Assembly (NCBI GenBank): GCA_001643675.2
Contig: LSRY02000047.1
Span: forward strand, 682,001 to 746,000
Direction of reading: 5' to 3'
DNA length: 64,000 bases
Origin: Monocercomonoides exilis PA203
Lineage: Eukaryota; Protista; Preaxostyla
Shown here: one piece after another, positions 12,929-24,281 of the stretch
Layout: every line of letters begins with the position of its first letter
Position numbering within the stretch: position 1 is the stretch's first letter
The notes under the pieces: model-generated
Seen by the model: the letters and a program-made list of their open reading frames with translations, nothing else
Told to the model about the DNA's origin: nothing
Database searches by the model: none
Program-made: the position numbers and the translations under genes

Positions 12929-13355
12929 GAAAATTTCTAACAATAATGAATGATCAAAAAATAATGAAATGGGACAGTTTTGCTAATTACTCTCAGCTAC
13001 AAAATATTGTTCCTTTTTATTTTTATACAAACTAAATTCAATAATTTCTTGAAAAACAGATGTTGCCCATAATGAATTGATAATAGGAGAAATTTTTGGA
13101 AAGTTTATTTCGCATATACAAAGTGTTCGGCTTTTTAACTTTGATATATGCAAGTTACAGAAAAAAAAGAATTGAAAAAGAAAGGGGAGATATACCATAA
13201 AAACGGAATATTTTTCCATTTTGACGAAAATTGTTTGCAATTGCTTTTATTGCTTTTTGAGAAACAAATATATTTTTGAAAATATTTCGCTTAATTTCGT
13301 TCTCGAACTTTTAGTATTCCATTTGCTCGAGGATCATCATATTCTTTGTTTCACG

Positions 13356-14134
13356 ATGGGAATAACGACTGAACTGAAATGTAAGAATAGCAAATGCATT
13401 GCTTTCTGCTTGTCATTTGAATCGTGTTATTGCGCAGAGAAATTCGGTTTGATGCGCTTTTTTGTTTGAGAGTTAATTGACTTTGATTGACGATTCATGC
13501 CTTTTCCTTCAAAAGGAATTGTTAAAGTGACAAATCTTGAACAAAGAGGTTCCCAGGAACTTGATTGGGGAGAATGTTTCAAAGGCAATCGTTACAGTGT
13601 GATGAAAATTGTTATAACATTGATTGGATCAATTTGTTTGCTTGTACGCCTAACTTTTAAGAATTATTGAGATGTGCGGTGTACATGGAATTGTTTGAAA
13701 TAGGATTCTGGATCACAAGCGGGCTCAAATATGGAACGGACTATGTTGCATACTCTACACACCCTAATCTTTCACATTCGATGTATGCCATCAAATTGAT
13801 TGATGAAAAAGATTTTGGTTCAATGGATGAAAAACATAATTGTTCATTCACTTCTACACTTCTTTCATTGATTGCCACCAGCAGAGTCTGCTTATCTGTG
13901 AAAAAATTATGCGTTTTAGCAACTTTCTCACGAATGGTTGCAGCTACGCTATTAAACCTCCCAAAAGAGGATCTTGGTGGACTTGTAGCAACACCATTCA
14001 GATTTGTGACTGAAGAAAAAAAGGAAGCAATTGCAAGATGCACAACTTCTTCATCTTGCCCTGATTTTGCTTCTTTATCAAAAAGTCTTCCAGAAGTTTA
14101 CTACATCTTGCTTTCGCTTCCTCGTGGAACATAG
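13356..14134 (+). CDS. TSEN2: tRNA-splicing endonuclease catalytic subunit (Sen2-like)
   Basis: GFWITSGLKYGTDYVAYSTHPNLSHS..RVCLSVKK carries the Tyr/His/Lys catalytic triad; 5' exons inferred and uncertain. Confidence 0.8.
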
Positions 14135-14388
14135 CGCTTTTGTTTGTAACTTCTCTTTATCGTTGAGATTAATGAATGGAAGAAACAAATTAGTTGGACA
14201 AAATGGGACGTATCTTCGAATGCAAAGGAACAAAAATCAAGAATTAATTTTGGTGAAAGACATTGACAAAATATGTATCTTTCATTCAAATGAATTGGAA
14301 GTGAAATGTGCAGAAGGAAAAAAAAGAATTAAAAGATAGAAAGAAAAGTTTTGTAAGGTAAATACTTAATTTGCCGCAGCGTTTCGGT

Positions 14389-16271
14389 TTAGTATGCTCT
14401 TGCCACATAGACCCAGCACTTAGCTGGCTTTCCAGAAGCAACGCATTTTGTCCCTTCAGGCGGGGGTGCATCGGCAATGCTGTATCCTCTCACCTCCAGT
14501 CCTGTCTCTTCCCTGATGCGCTTGTCTCCAGCACAAGCATCAGGATCATGCAGATCCATAAATGGAACACGGAACACACAAGGCTTGGACAGATCGTCCT
14601 TTTGAAAGGCAGCCTTCAAGGTATCCAGCGAGAACTCTCCTTTTGCGAAATCAACTGAAGGGAACTTCTCCAGATGGCGGTCGTGCCACTCCACAGCTTT
14701 TGCGAACAGCTGATGATGGAAAGCGACAAACTTTGCCTTGATTGTGTTCACAAGCTCGTCCACTTTGACAGACACTTTTTGCTCTTTTGTCTCATTTCGC
14801 AAGACGCACATCACACTCGACTCTGTCATGTCCCTTGGACCGATCTCCAAACGGCATGGGACACCTTTCATTTCCCAATAGAAGAATCTGTTAAAATATT
14901 GTTAAGACAAAGAAGACAGCAAACACAAATAAATCAGGGAGAAAAAAGATATGTAAATGATATGTGCTTTTTAAACAAAAGAAAAAAAATTGAAGCAAAC
15001 TTTGGTCCAGGCTTTCCGGGGCCATCATCAATTTTTGTTCTGAACGACCCTTCTTCACGAAGCACTTTGTCCACCTTGTTCACAAATTCCATGAGAGGTG
15101 CGTCCACCTCTTCCTTTCCCTTCAAGATGGGAACAAGCACAATTTGTGTTGGTGCAAGCTGTGGAGGAAGAACCAATCCGTGTTCATCTCCGTGGGTGAT
15201 GATAACACTTGCCAACCCTCGAGTTGAGATACCAGCACAATTCATGTATGCATATGCCATTCCGTCAGGAAGTGTTTGTGCACTCGACGTTGCTGGTGCG
15301 GGTTCAGCGGATGTTGAAGAAGAAGAAGACGATGATGACGATGGCACTTCTTCTGATTTCTCCTCATTTGCTTGTCCAGCTTCTGCTTTCTGTTCTCCTT
15401 CTTTCTGTTCTCCTTTTTGTTCTCCTTCTTTTCCTTTTTGTTTTTTCTCTTTTTTCTGTTTTTCCTTTTTTGGTGGCTTTGAGCACGAACCCTTTGCAGC
15501 GCTTTCTGATTCCTTTGTGGAGAAAGTCACACCATAAATCTTTGAGAAACCTTGACCAAGGAAATGGAACGATGCAGCTTGCAGGACTCTTCCGGTTGGT
15601 GTGATCACATCAATCACATCTGTGTACTCTGCACCAGGGAATGTATCCCACGGAGGTCTGCGGATATGCAGCCCTGGAACTCCCATGATTTCTTCGAACA
15701 CACGGCGATATGAGGCGGAATACTGTCTGCATTGAGCTTCACATTCCTCGGCTGTTGCAAAGCAGCAATGAGCTTCATTCCAGTAAATTTCTCTTGCTCG
15801 AATCAACGGGAGTGTGTCCTTTGTCTCGCATCTGAACACTTGACACGACTGATGGACTTTAATTGGCAAATCGCGATACGACTGAACCCAGTTGGCAAAT
15901 GTGGAATACATAATTGTTTCAGAGGTTGGCCGGAGCGCCAAGCGAGGCACCAAATCTGATGATCCTCCCTTTGTCACCCAGAACACTTCAGGAGCAAACC
16001 CAGCCAAATGATCAGTTTCTCTTGCCAACAACGTCTCTGGAATCAAGGTTGGGAACTGTGCATAAGATATTCCTTGCTGTGTCCATTCTTTTTCAACAGC
16101 TTGCATGAGTGCTGTATGCATAAAGCAGCCATATGGTGGCATGACAGTGATTCCTTTCATTGTTGTTCGCTTGTCAATGATGTCTGCCAGCTGGAGAATC
16201 TCTTCGTACCATTCTGGAAAGTTATTGTATTTGTCAATGTGAAAAGTTAGATCTGCGCGCTTTGCTGCCAT
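14389..16271 (-). CDS. proS: Prolyl-tRNA synthetase (archaeal/eukaryote type), one intron about 14889-15001
   Basis: LRPTSETIMY, FRCETKDTLPLIRAREIYWNEAH, GISTR, HGDEHGLVLPP, WEMKGVPCRLEIGPRD, C-terminal ARAY. Confidence 0.96.
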
Positions 16272-16621
16272 ACTCCTTTGAAAAATACGAAAAGAAGGAG
16301 AAAAAATCGTGAAATGGGAGGTATTTGAATAATAATGGGACAATATATGATCAATGAAATAGTTTCAAAAATTTTTGTTATTCAGACGCAAAAACGTTGA
16401 ATGCATTAATTTGTTTTCAATTTTATCTAAAAATTCAAAAGATACATTTGAAATTGTTTTATAGAATCTCTAGAAATAGAAAAAACATTGTTTTTCTCCA
16501 ATTTTTTTTCAAAAAATTTCCTTGAAATAAGAAAAAAAGTAATTAAAAGCTAAAATTAAAGAAAATGTTATGTTTTCAAAAGGAAGAGGGAGTGAGAGTT
16601 CCAATTATTAATCAAGATAAT

Positions 16622-16653
<32 letters not shown>

Positions 16654-16839
16654 TGAAAATGGAACAAAAATATCTCCATGAATTATGACATTCATTTTCA
16701 TGGATAATGAAAATCAATAAATAACATTTCTGCAAATTATTAAAGCATTAAAAAAAAACAAACCAGAGATGTATAAAATTATAATCATAATTTCAGATTT
16801 TAATAAAAGTTTGCATTTCGATTGAAAATTTATGATATA

Positions 16840-17197
16840 CAGATATCGCATAAAATACCGGACAAGATCGATTTCACAATAACTGCAAGAGGAATTATTC
16901 TGACAATTTTCCTCAAAATATATCTCATCAATACAAACTCACATGTCATACAAGACTTTTAAAATTGCCTCATTCGTACTCAAAGGAAAATTTTTTTAAT
17001 ATCTCAGAGAAATAGGATTTTGAGTTTCTCAGAGATTTTGAAAATAATTTTCTCTGAGCATTAACGAGGAAGTTCTGAAAGTCAAACATATAAAAGGAAT
17101 TTGTATTAATGATATATATTTTGAGGAATATTGTCAGAATTATTCGACATGCAGTTATTGTGAAATCGATCTTGTCCGGTATTTTATGCGATATCTG
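16840..17197. mobile_element. Foldback MITE, Tc1/mariner-like (TA TSD)
   Basis: TA|CAGATATCGCATAAAATACCGGACAAGATCG...CGATCTTGTCCGGTATTTTATGCGATATCTG|TA; inverted similarity continues almost to the centre. Confidence 0.9.
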
Positions 17198-17213
17198 TAT
17201 CAATTCTATAGAT

Positions 17214-17470
17214 GGGTGATTATTTTTTATATCATAACTTTTTTCGGTGAGATTATTTTTCAAAAATAGTTTATCATTGGGAAGAGTTTTTGTATTCAAA
17301 TTGAAATTTAACAACAACTGTTGAAAAAACAGATGCTTTTACTCAAATAAAGATGTAAATGTTTTTTAAAGAACTTTTATAACTTTTCAATGAACTTTTG
17401 TTGATATTCAAGAATAAATTTTGAACCGAAATTTTTGAATAAATAAATATGATTTCAAAAATAATCACCC
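17214..17470. mobile_element. MITE with GGGTGATT termini and 4-bp TSD (AGAT), Sola-like
   Basis: AGAT|GGGTGATTATTTTTTATATCATA...TATGATTTCAAAAATAATCACCC|AGAT. Confidence 0.8.
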
Positions 17471-18235
17471 AGATATAATTTCATCTTGACCTTTTTTCTT
17501 TATCAAGACTTTTTTCTTTTTTTCCCTGCGCTCAACTTTATGCAAGCCTGTGATGAACAAATAATAATCAGAAATGTTTGAAATGTTTAAATTTTCTTCT
17601 TCTAAATATTTTTTTCGAGACTTCATGTCTGATAAAAAGATCAAGGAGAATTTTTCGAATATTTTGATCATTGAATAGCTGCTTTTCCAGTGAATATAAA
17701 ACTTCAGAAGTTTTGAGCTTCAATATCATTAAGCAACATTTCTTATTCGTTAGTTGAACTTGTTTTTGAAAATTCCCACTTATTTTTTTATATTTTTTCT
17801 CGTTTCACACAATTTTTCAAAAAACACGATTTCAGACAGCATATGAATTTGTTTTGAAATCAAATGAAATGATAAATAAACATTAATGAAACAAAAAGAT
17901 TAGTGAGTGTAGACCTGTGTGACTAGTGGCAAATTTTGTCAGTAACTGACACAGGTGACCAACAGGATAATTTTATCATGATCACAACCATTTTTTTAAA
18001 AATCTCATTTTTAGGTATTTTTTCAATAAATAATTTCTATTGTTGTTCATTATATAAAAATTATATTTTCAAAAGTGACAACACTTTTTATAATGAAAAT
18101 GGATTGATAAAAAGGATATTAAAAAAATATTGTGAGTTGAGTGAATAATGGTTTACTGACAAGATCAGCGAAACTTGGAATTTTTTAAGCCACTGGAAGT
18201 CACTTTCTGGATAAGTCTGTCCTTTGTTTTAAATT

Positions 18236-21200
18236 ATGGATCCAAACAGCATAACGTCTCTCCCTCAGGAGCTGAAGCTGTCTCTTTCTAATCCTGCAAT
18301 CGTGTGTTGCATATCGCTTTTGTTTTTGAATTTTATCATTTAAAGCTTTTTTGACTGGATTAAGCAAGCATCCTTTATCAAAAAGTTGGATGATTTGTCA
18401 AGCAAAAACTGTGAATTTGTTTCATTGGAATTGATAAAGGCAACATACAAAGGAAACAGTGTGTTGTTTTCGTCGAAAATTTTAAATTAATTTCAAATTC
18501 TTTTTTTTTTTTTCAGTTAACGGGCATCCAAGAGATTTTACAAAAATGATTACGAAAATATCATTAGAAGTTTACAAAGATGTGTTGTTGATATCGTTCA
18601 CACCAGTATTGCATGATGGGAATCTAAAAAAAAGATGGGCATCGTTATTTCTTGAGCCCAATTTCAAAAAAAGGAATTGCGTGCGGTTTTTCGGGAAGAA
18701 AAGGCAATTACTTAATTGAGAATCACAAGTGTTATTTATTGTCAAACCAAAGTCTGGAATTTTTTATGAAACCAAAATCAGATCCAAAGAAGGAGAAGTA
18801 GAAAAGTCAATTTGATCCTTTCAAGTTAATTCAACCTTTGTTCATTCGATTTATCAGTCAGTGAAATGTTTCATTTATTTCAGCTTCATTAACAGAGTTC
18901 AATGATTTTGCATCGACTCTTGTTTCAGTTTCTCAACAAAATCCAACAATTCCATCAAAATTGATATTTCCAAGAATAACTCCAAGAAGGATTTCAACTT
19001 TGTGACTTCATGAAAAGGAAAAGAATGAAATTAAAATCTTCTCAAACATTACAAACACGGCAGTTGCAGTTATTATAGATGGTGGAGTTGTGGCGGGACA
19101 AAAATTCACTGTTGTGAATGTTGTCCCTTTGTTGATTAATTCACAACCATCATTTTGGAAATTATATCCTTCTTGTAACTCTAAAAGTGATTTTGAAAAA
19201 CTGGCATTGTCTGTGATGCATGAAAGGAGGAAGCTGAATTCTGAAGTTCGTTGGTTTTGCAGTGATAACCTCAAGCCTAAGAAATTAGCACTTGAACAAA
19301 TAAATTCAGTGGAATCTACACACATGTATGAGAAAAAACTGAATTCGTTCTGTCCGATTTTTGTCTATTGCATGAATCATCTATGCTATCTTATTCTTAC
19401 AAGAATCATCAACGGAAATGATTATTTGTCGAACATTTTGCAACAAATAATTGAGTTTTCCAAAAAAACTCATTCTTCAAAATACAAAAATGCTTTTATG
19501 AGAAAATGTCCCACATTTGTTTCTATAAGATGGTTATGCATTTATCAGATGTGCAAATATATAAGGATGAATAAAGAAATAGCAATAAAAGAAGAACTTC
19601 TTTCAGAATGTTTTATTTGCAAAGTTTTAAAAAAATAAGAGATTTTGCTTTTTCCCTTATTTGTGTTGCATCTGTTTTTGGAAAAAGATTCATCAAAATT
19701 CGGTTACGTTTTTCCAGAATTACTAAAGACATATGGCAGATATTACACAATTTCTCAAAATCGGAATTTACATTGCAAAACATGGACGAAATGTGTCACA
19801 GATATATATATTGATTTCTACAACACGTTTTTAACATGCAAAAGAGGAGATATGATTGCTCTTGCTTTTTTATTAACTCCTTTTGGTTTATATCAATTTA
19901 GGAACGAACAATTCGCAAGCAGCTTTTAGTTGGAAATAAAAAAGATGAGTTATCATTCACTGGGTAAATCTCATTCTAATTCAAGTGATATTCACTTAAT
20001 TGATAAAGAATCAATTTCAACAGATTCCTTCTGTGAATCATATTCATGTTCATCATTTTCTTCTGGAAAGTCAAAAAGATCATCTTTTTCAATCAACGAA
20101 GATAATTTTTCAAGCATTCCTTCCTCCTCTTCCTCGACAACAGAAAATCGTTTAATGGAATCATTTGATCAAATAGTTGATGAAACAAGAATTGCAGAAA
20201 ATAAATCCCTGTCAATTTCTGATCATTCAGATGAATGTTCATGTTAATTCACAAGCATGCATTCACCGCTTTCATTACAGTCTTTTGAAAAAGCGATCTC
20301 TGCTACAACGAAGCCTGCACCAGCAAGTTTTGTCTTTCACGATGATTCAACGGATGATCCGAGAGATCCAACAACAAGAACAGAGAGAAGAGTTTCAACC
20401 TTTCAAAAAGGAACTGATATTTCTTCGTCACTTTCATAGTTGGATGTTCTGGAATCAATAGAAAAAGAGGATACAGAAAAGGATAACGAAGAGAAGCAGT
20501 CAACTGAAGAAACTGTTTTTGAAGAAATCTTTGGATTAACTGAGGCCGAATTGGAGGCTGAAGACGACGAATTTACAGATAATTCTTAAGTTTGCAAGAA
20601 TCAAGACAAAAGCACGGATGCATTATCTTTGCGATCTCATTTATCAGGAAGAAATAATGCTACAAATACAGAAAACCAAACGGATGAAGAAGAAACGTGT
20701 GAAAACAGCTTTATTGAAGAAGAGGAAGAAGTCGACGTAATTATAATCGGATCGAATGGAAAAATAACTCAAAAAGCAACTGACAACGTTTCAAAAAACA
20801 ACGAAATAATGAAAATCATAAATTCCAATTTAACAACTTCTTGGGATTTAAGATTGGTTAACGCTTTCTATTAATTTGTAAATCAATCTTTGGAAAGATT
20901 TGGGTGATTCTTTTTGAAAAGTCACAAATGTTTAATTTTCTAATAAATTAAAAATTTCATATCTTGATCAAATTTCTGTTCCCGCTCATGCAACTTCACA
21001 GGAATGTGTTTAATAGCATTGTCAAATTATATCCTCCGCTTTGGTAAAGTTACATGAGCGGGAACCGAAATTTGATCAAGATATGAAATTTTCGATTTAT
21101 TTGAAAATTAAATATTTGGGACTTTTCAAAAAGAATCACCTATTTGATGAAGATATCAAAACAAATTGTAAAAGACTTTTTGGAGAGTTCGTTTTTCCAA

Positions 21201-21417
21201 TTTACAGTTTTGACTTATTTCAGAATCCTCATTCTTTTTTTCTGTTATAGGATCAAAAGGAATATTTGATACGATTTTTGCCAATATACATATGTCCCTC
21301 ATTTCGTGTCCCTGCAGCGAAGAATCATGTGAACGCGTTATTTCACGAATTCGTAGAATAATAGGCGACAGAAGACATTCTCTTCAGCTGGAGATACTGA
21401 ATTCACTTTTATTTATA
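18236..21417 (+). pseudogene. Decayed hAT transposase
   Basis: IIDGG (D1), SDN (D2), CMNH (CxxH), IRW, LAFLLTP, and dimerisation domain PCSEESCERVISRIRRIIGDRRHSL (E); multiple stops/frameshifts; apparent 5' introns. Confidence 0.85.
20902..21141. mobile_element. Nested MITE with about 95-bp TIRs and 4-bp TSD (ATTT), GGGTGATT family
   Basis: ATTT|GGGTGATTCTTTTTGAAAAGTC...GACTTTTCAAAAAGAATCACCT|ATTT; excision restores the transposase frame NQSLERFDEDIK. Confidence 0.88.
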
Positions 21418-21875
21418 CAGTCTAAACCGGATATAATCACATCGATTTTTGCACAACTTTTTGTGACAATATCAGATTATGATAATATCCGATGCTGCTT
21501 AACACAGAAAAAATTAAAATATTAATAAATTAATAAATTAATATTGGGTCAAATTTTAAATTTTTAATTTTTGAAAATGTTTCGTTAAAATGCAATATCA
21601 ACTTGCGAAAACAATTTTTTTCATTTGTACATATTATTTAAACTTATTCAAGCACATTTTTGAAATATCAGATAATAGAAATTCCTGATCACAAAATTGA
21701 TTTTTCAATGAAAAATGCACCCATAATGAAATAAAATGTGATTATATATATTTAGCCCTGTGATTATATGCGATGGAAAATGAATGAAAAATTGGACAAA
21801 AATGTCTGTGCATGGAAAAATGTGACTATATACGAATGTGATTATATTCGACGTGATTATATCCGGTTTAGACTG
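21418..21875. mobile_element. Nested pogo/Tigger-like MITE (TA-flanked)
   Basis: TA|CAGTCTAAACCGGATATAATCAC...GTGATTATATCCGGTTTAGACTG|TA, perfect 23-bp TIR; repeated subterminal GTGATTATA motifs. Confidence 0.9.
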
Positions 21876-21877
21876 TA

Positions 21878-22350
21878 TTCTATCTTGTCGTTCTCTACTG
21901 TCAGCTTCATTTTTTTCAAAACAATAGAAACGATTCCTTCTTTCAACATGTCTTTAACTTCCTACGCTCTTTTATCTGCTGCTTATTTATGATAATGAAG
22001 GCATCACATTAATATATCTTTGTTATTTTCCTTTTCTGCCTCATAGATCTGAGCATTGTTTCCAAAAAGACCGATGTTTTCTTCTTTCCACTCTCTGAAT
22101 GAGAAAAAATGACAATGTTGCTTCAAACCTGCTCATCAAAAGAATCTTTTCTTTCCCATTACTTCTTCACGGTTCATCCATCTTTTCTTCTTGTCTCTTC
22201 CAATTAACACGTTTCAACTATTCTATTTATTCGCTTGTTGTTTCTTTCACAAAATGCACCTCATTCACTGTAACTTCTCATATAACATCACTCATCAATA
22301 TGAACATCAAAAGCTTCCAAGAAGACAGACAGACAAGCTGAATAAGACAT
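21878..22350 (-). pseudogene. Fragment of the lineage-specific multigene family, located inside the hAT element
   Basis: Minus strand reads SSWKLL..EVTVNEVHFVKETT..LKRVNWK..EWKEENIGLFG..MLKEGIVSIVLKKM, aligning to SAWMSL..EVVVNELHFVREAV..LMRVDWK..LWKNEYIEL..LLDGGAFDLLMEEI of ORF 53427-54182. Confidence 0.75.
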
Positions 22351-24281
22351 TTGTGCTATCAATAATTGATTGTTGTAACTATGTTCTCTTTCAGAAAAAA
22401 CTTTTCTGAAAGAAATAAATAATGTTGAGAAATTCATCACAAAAATAATATCAATCATTTGCAGCGTTTCATATTCACATAGCGAAATTAATTTTTGGCC
22501 TTTCTAAGCATAATCGATTCTAATTCAATACTAATAACATAAAAGTTCTAAGAGTGTTTATTTCGAGCAATAAACAAAGTTTTCTAACGAGTTAAAAACA
22601 AAAAATGTTGTGGGATAGATCAAATGAAAAAATGAAAATTTCAAACAATGCATTTTCCACATATATAACTAATTTTAAATATATTTATATAACATTTTCT
22701 TTCGTTATAAATATAGATAGAATTTTTTATCGATGATCCATATACATGGAACTTGCCAACAACACAATTAAAAATCTTTTATGTCGTTTTCGAAAATGTT
22801 CTTATAGCAAACATTTACAAAAATAAAAACTTGCAAAGTTAATAAATAATAATATGTGATACCGTTCTTCTTTGTTTAGGTATTACAAACAGTGTATCCA
22901 AAAGAAATTACAATTTTAATTTTCATTTTTTGTAATTATGGATTTCTCGATCTAAAGTTGTCTTTTATTCAAAAGAAAAATATATGTGCATTTTAATAAT
23001 TATTTTATATAATTCAAATGCATCTGATTTAAATAAAAAAATAAAGAGTTTAATAATAATAATTTTATTTATTTATTTATTTTATTTTATTTTATTTATT
23101 TATTTATTTATTTATTTTTTTTAATTTATTTATTTTTTTTATTGACCGACAGCCACAAAAATTCGCTTGTCGTGTCGCATAGGTCTAATTGAGTGTTTTA
23201 ATGAATATTTATTTGTATATGTTTGACAATTTGAATGATAAAAAAATTCATTCAAACTAGATTCTCAAATCAAAATCTAATTTTGAACCTTTTTTCACAA
23301 ATGTTTAACAAAAAAAGAAAATAATAAAAATATTGTATTAATTATTCCTTTTTTCAAAATTTGACACAAACACTTGTATATTCTGAAAATTGCGTTTCAA
23401 GCAAAAACAGTGAAATGAGAAAAAAAGGTCAAAAATTTATTGAAAGGGTTAATAATAAGTTTCAGTAATAATATAGGAATGTGGAATTGTGATGCTGTAG
23501 CTTTAAACGTTCGGTATGAAATACACGCTTCGTTGCCAGCAAGTCTTAGATCTGTGTTCAAGAATAATAAAAAAGATGATTTATTTATTGAACATGTCTA
23601 TTTCGAAGTATTAAATATCAGAATGTTGCGAAAAATGTCAATAAAAAAGTTTATATATTTATTTATTGATTAAAGCATTTGTTTGTCTTTTAAAAGTCAA
23701 AAAAAGTTTAAAAAAAAAGGTTGAGATTAATTTTTTAAGTCAAGACAAAATATGCACACTAGTGTTTGCAACCTCTTTTTTTTTTAAAGAAACAATCTTT
23801 GATAAAGAAAATGTTGCGATCATCCATATTGACAAAAAAAAATGCTCACTGCAATTCTCACTTTTTCCTTTTTCCTTTTGTCACTCTCTCAATTGATTTT
23901 CTTTTTCGAAAAATCAGCTTTTTAACAACAAATGAATTGAAAACAGATAATAATGTATTTAGAACATGGATTCATTATCCATAAATAGAAATTTTATTAA
24001 TTTGTTGTGATTTATCATAATCTCAATGGTTTTAATGGGTGGGAAAAAATATTTTGCTTTATGAATTTTGTTCTATTTGATATTATGGAATATTGTTCTC
24101 TATTTTCATGTTTTTCTTCATTATTTTTAACATTAGAATAAAAGAAAAATAATGACATGACAACAGAAACAGTTTGGAACAAAATTCAGTTTTTTCATAA
24201 TTGAAAAAAATTTGCCACAAATTGAAAATGTTAACCATTATTTATTTTTTATTCAGAGAATTTTTTATAATTTATTTATTT

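Larger units (their letters stand above)
17910..23187 (+). mobile_element. Full-length hAT DNA transposon (about 5.3 kb)
   Basis: TIRs TAGACCTGTGTGAC / GTCGCATAGGTCTA; 8-bp TSD AGTGAGTG / ATTGAGTG (7/8 match); internal hAT transposase. Confidence 0.88.

Noticed and set aside
13356-16271. TSEN2 and ProRS adjacent as a tRNA-metabolism cluster
   Set aside because: Convergent orientation and no direct functional partnership; chance adjacency is sufficient
17545-17635. C/D-box snoRNA candidate (GTGATGA...CTGA)
   Set aside because: No terminal stem or recognisable rRNA guide; very AT-rich and within the transposon island
21735-21865. Spaced GTGATTATA repeats as a CRISPR-like array
   Set aside because: Too short and irregular; they are subterminal repeats of the MITE TIR in a eukaryotic genome
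23140-23195. Hairpin with Sm-site-like AATTTTTG on the minus strand, candidate snRNA
   Set aside because: It is the right subterminal region and TIR of the hAT element, followed by the TSD
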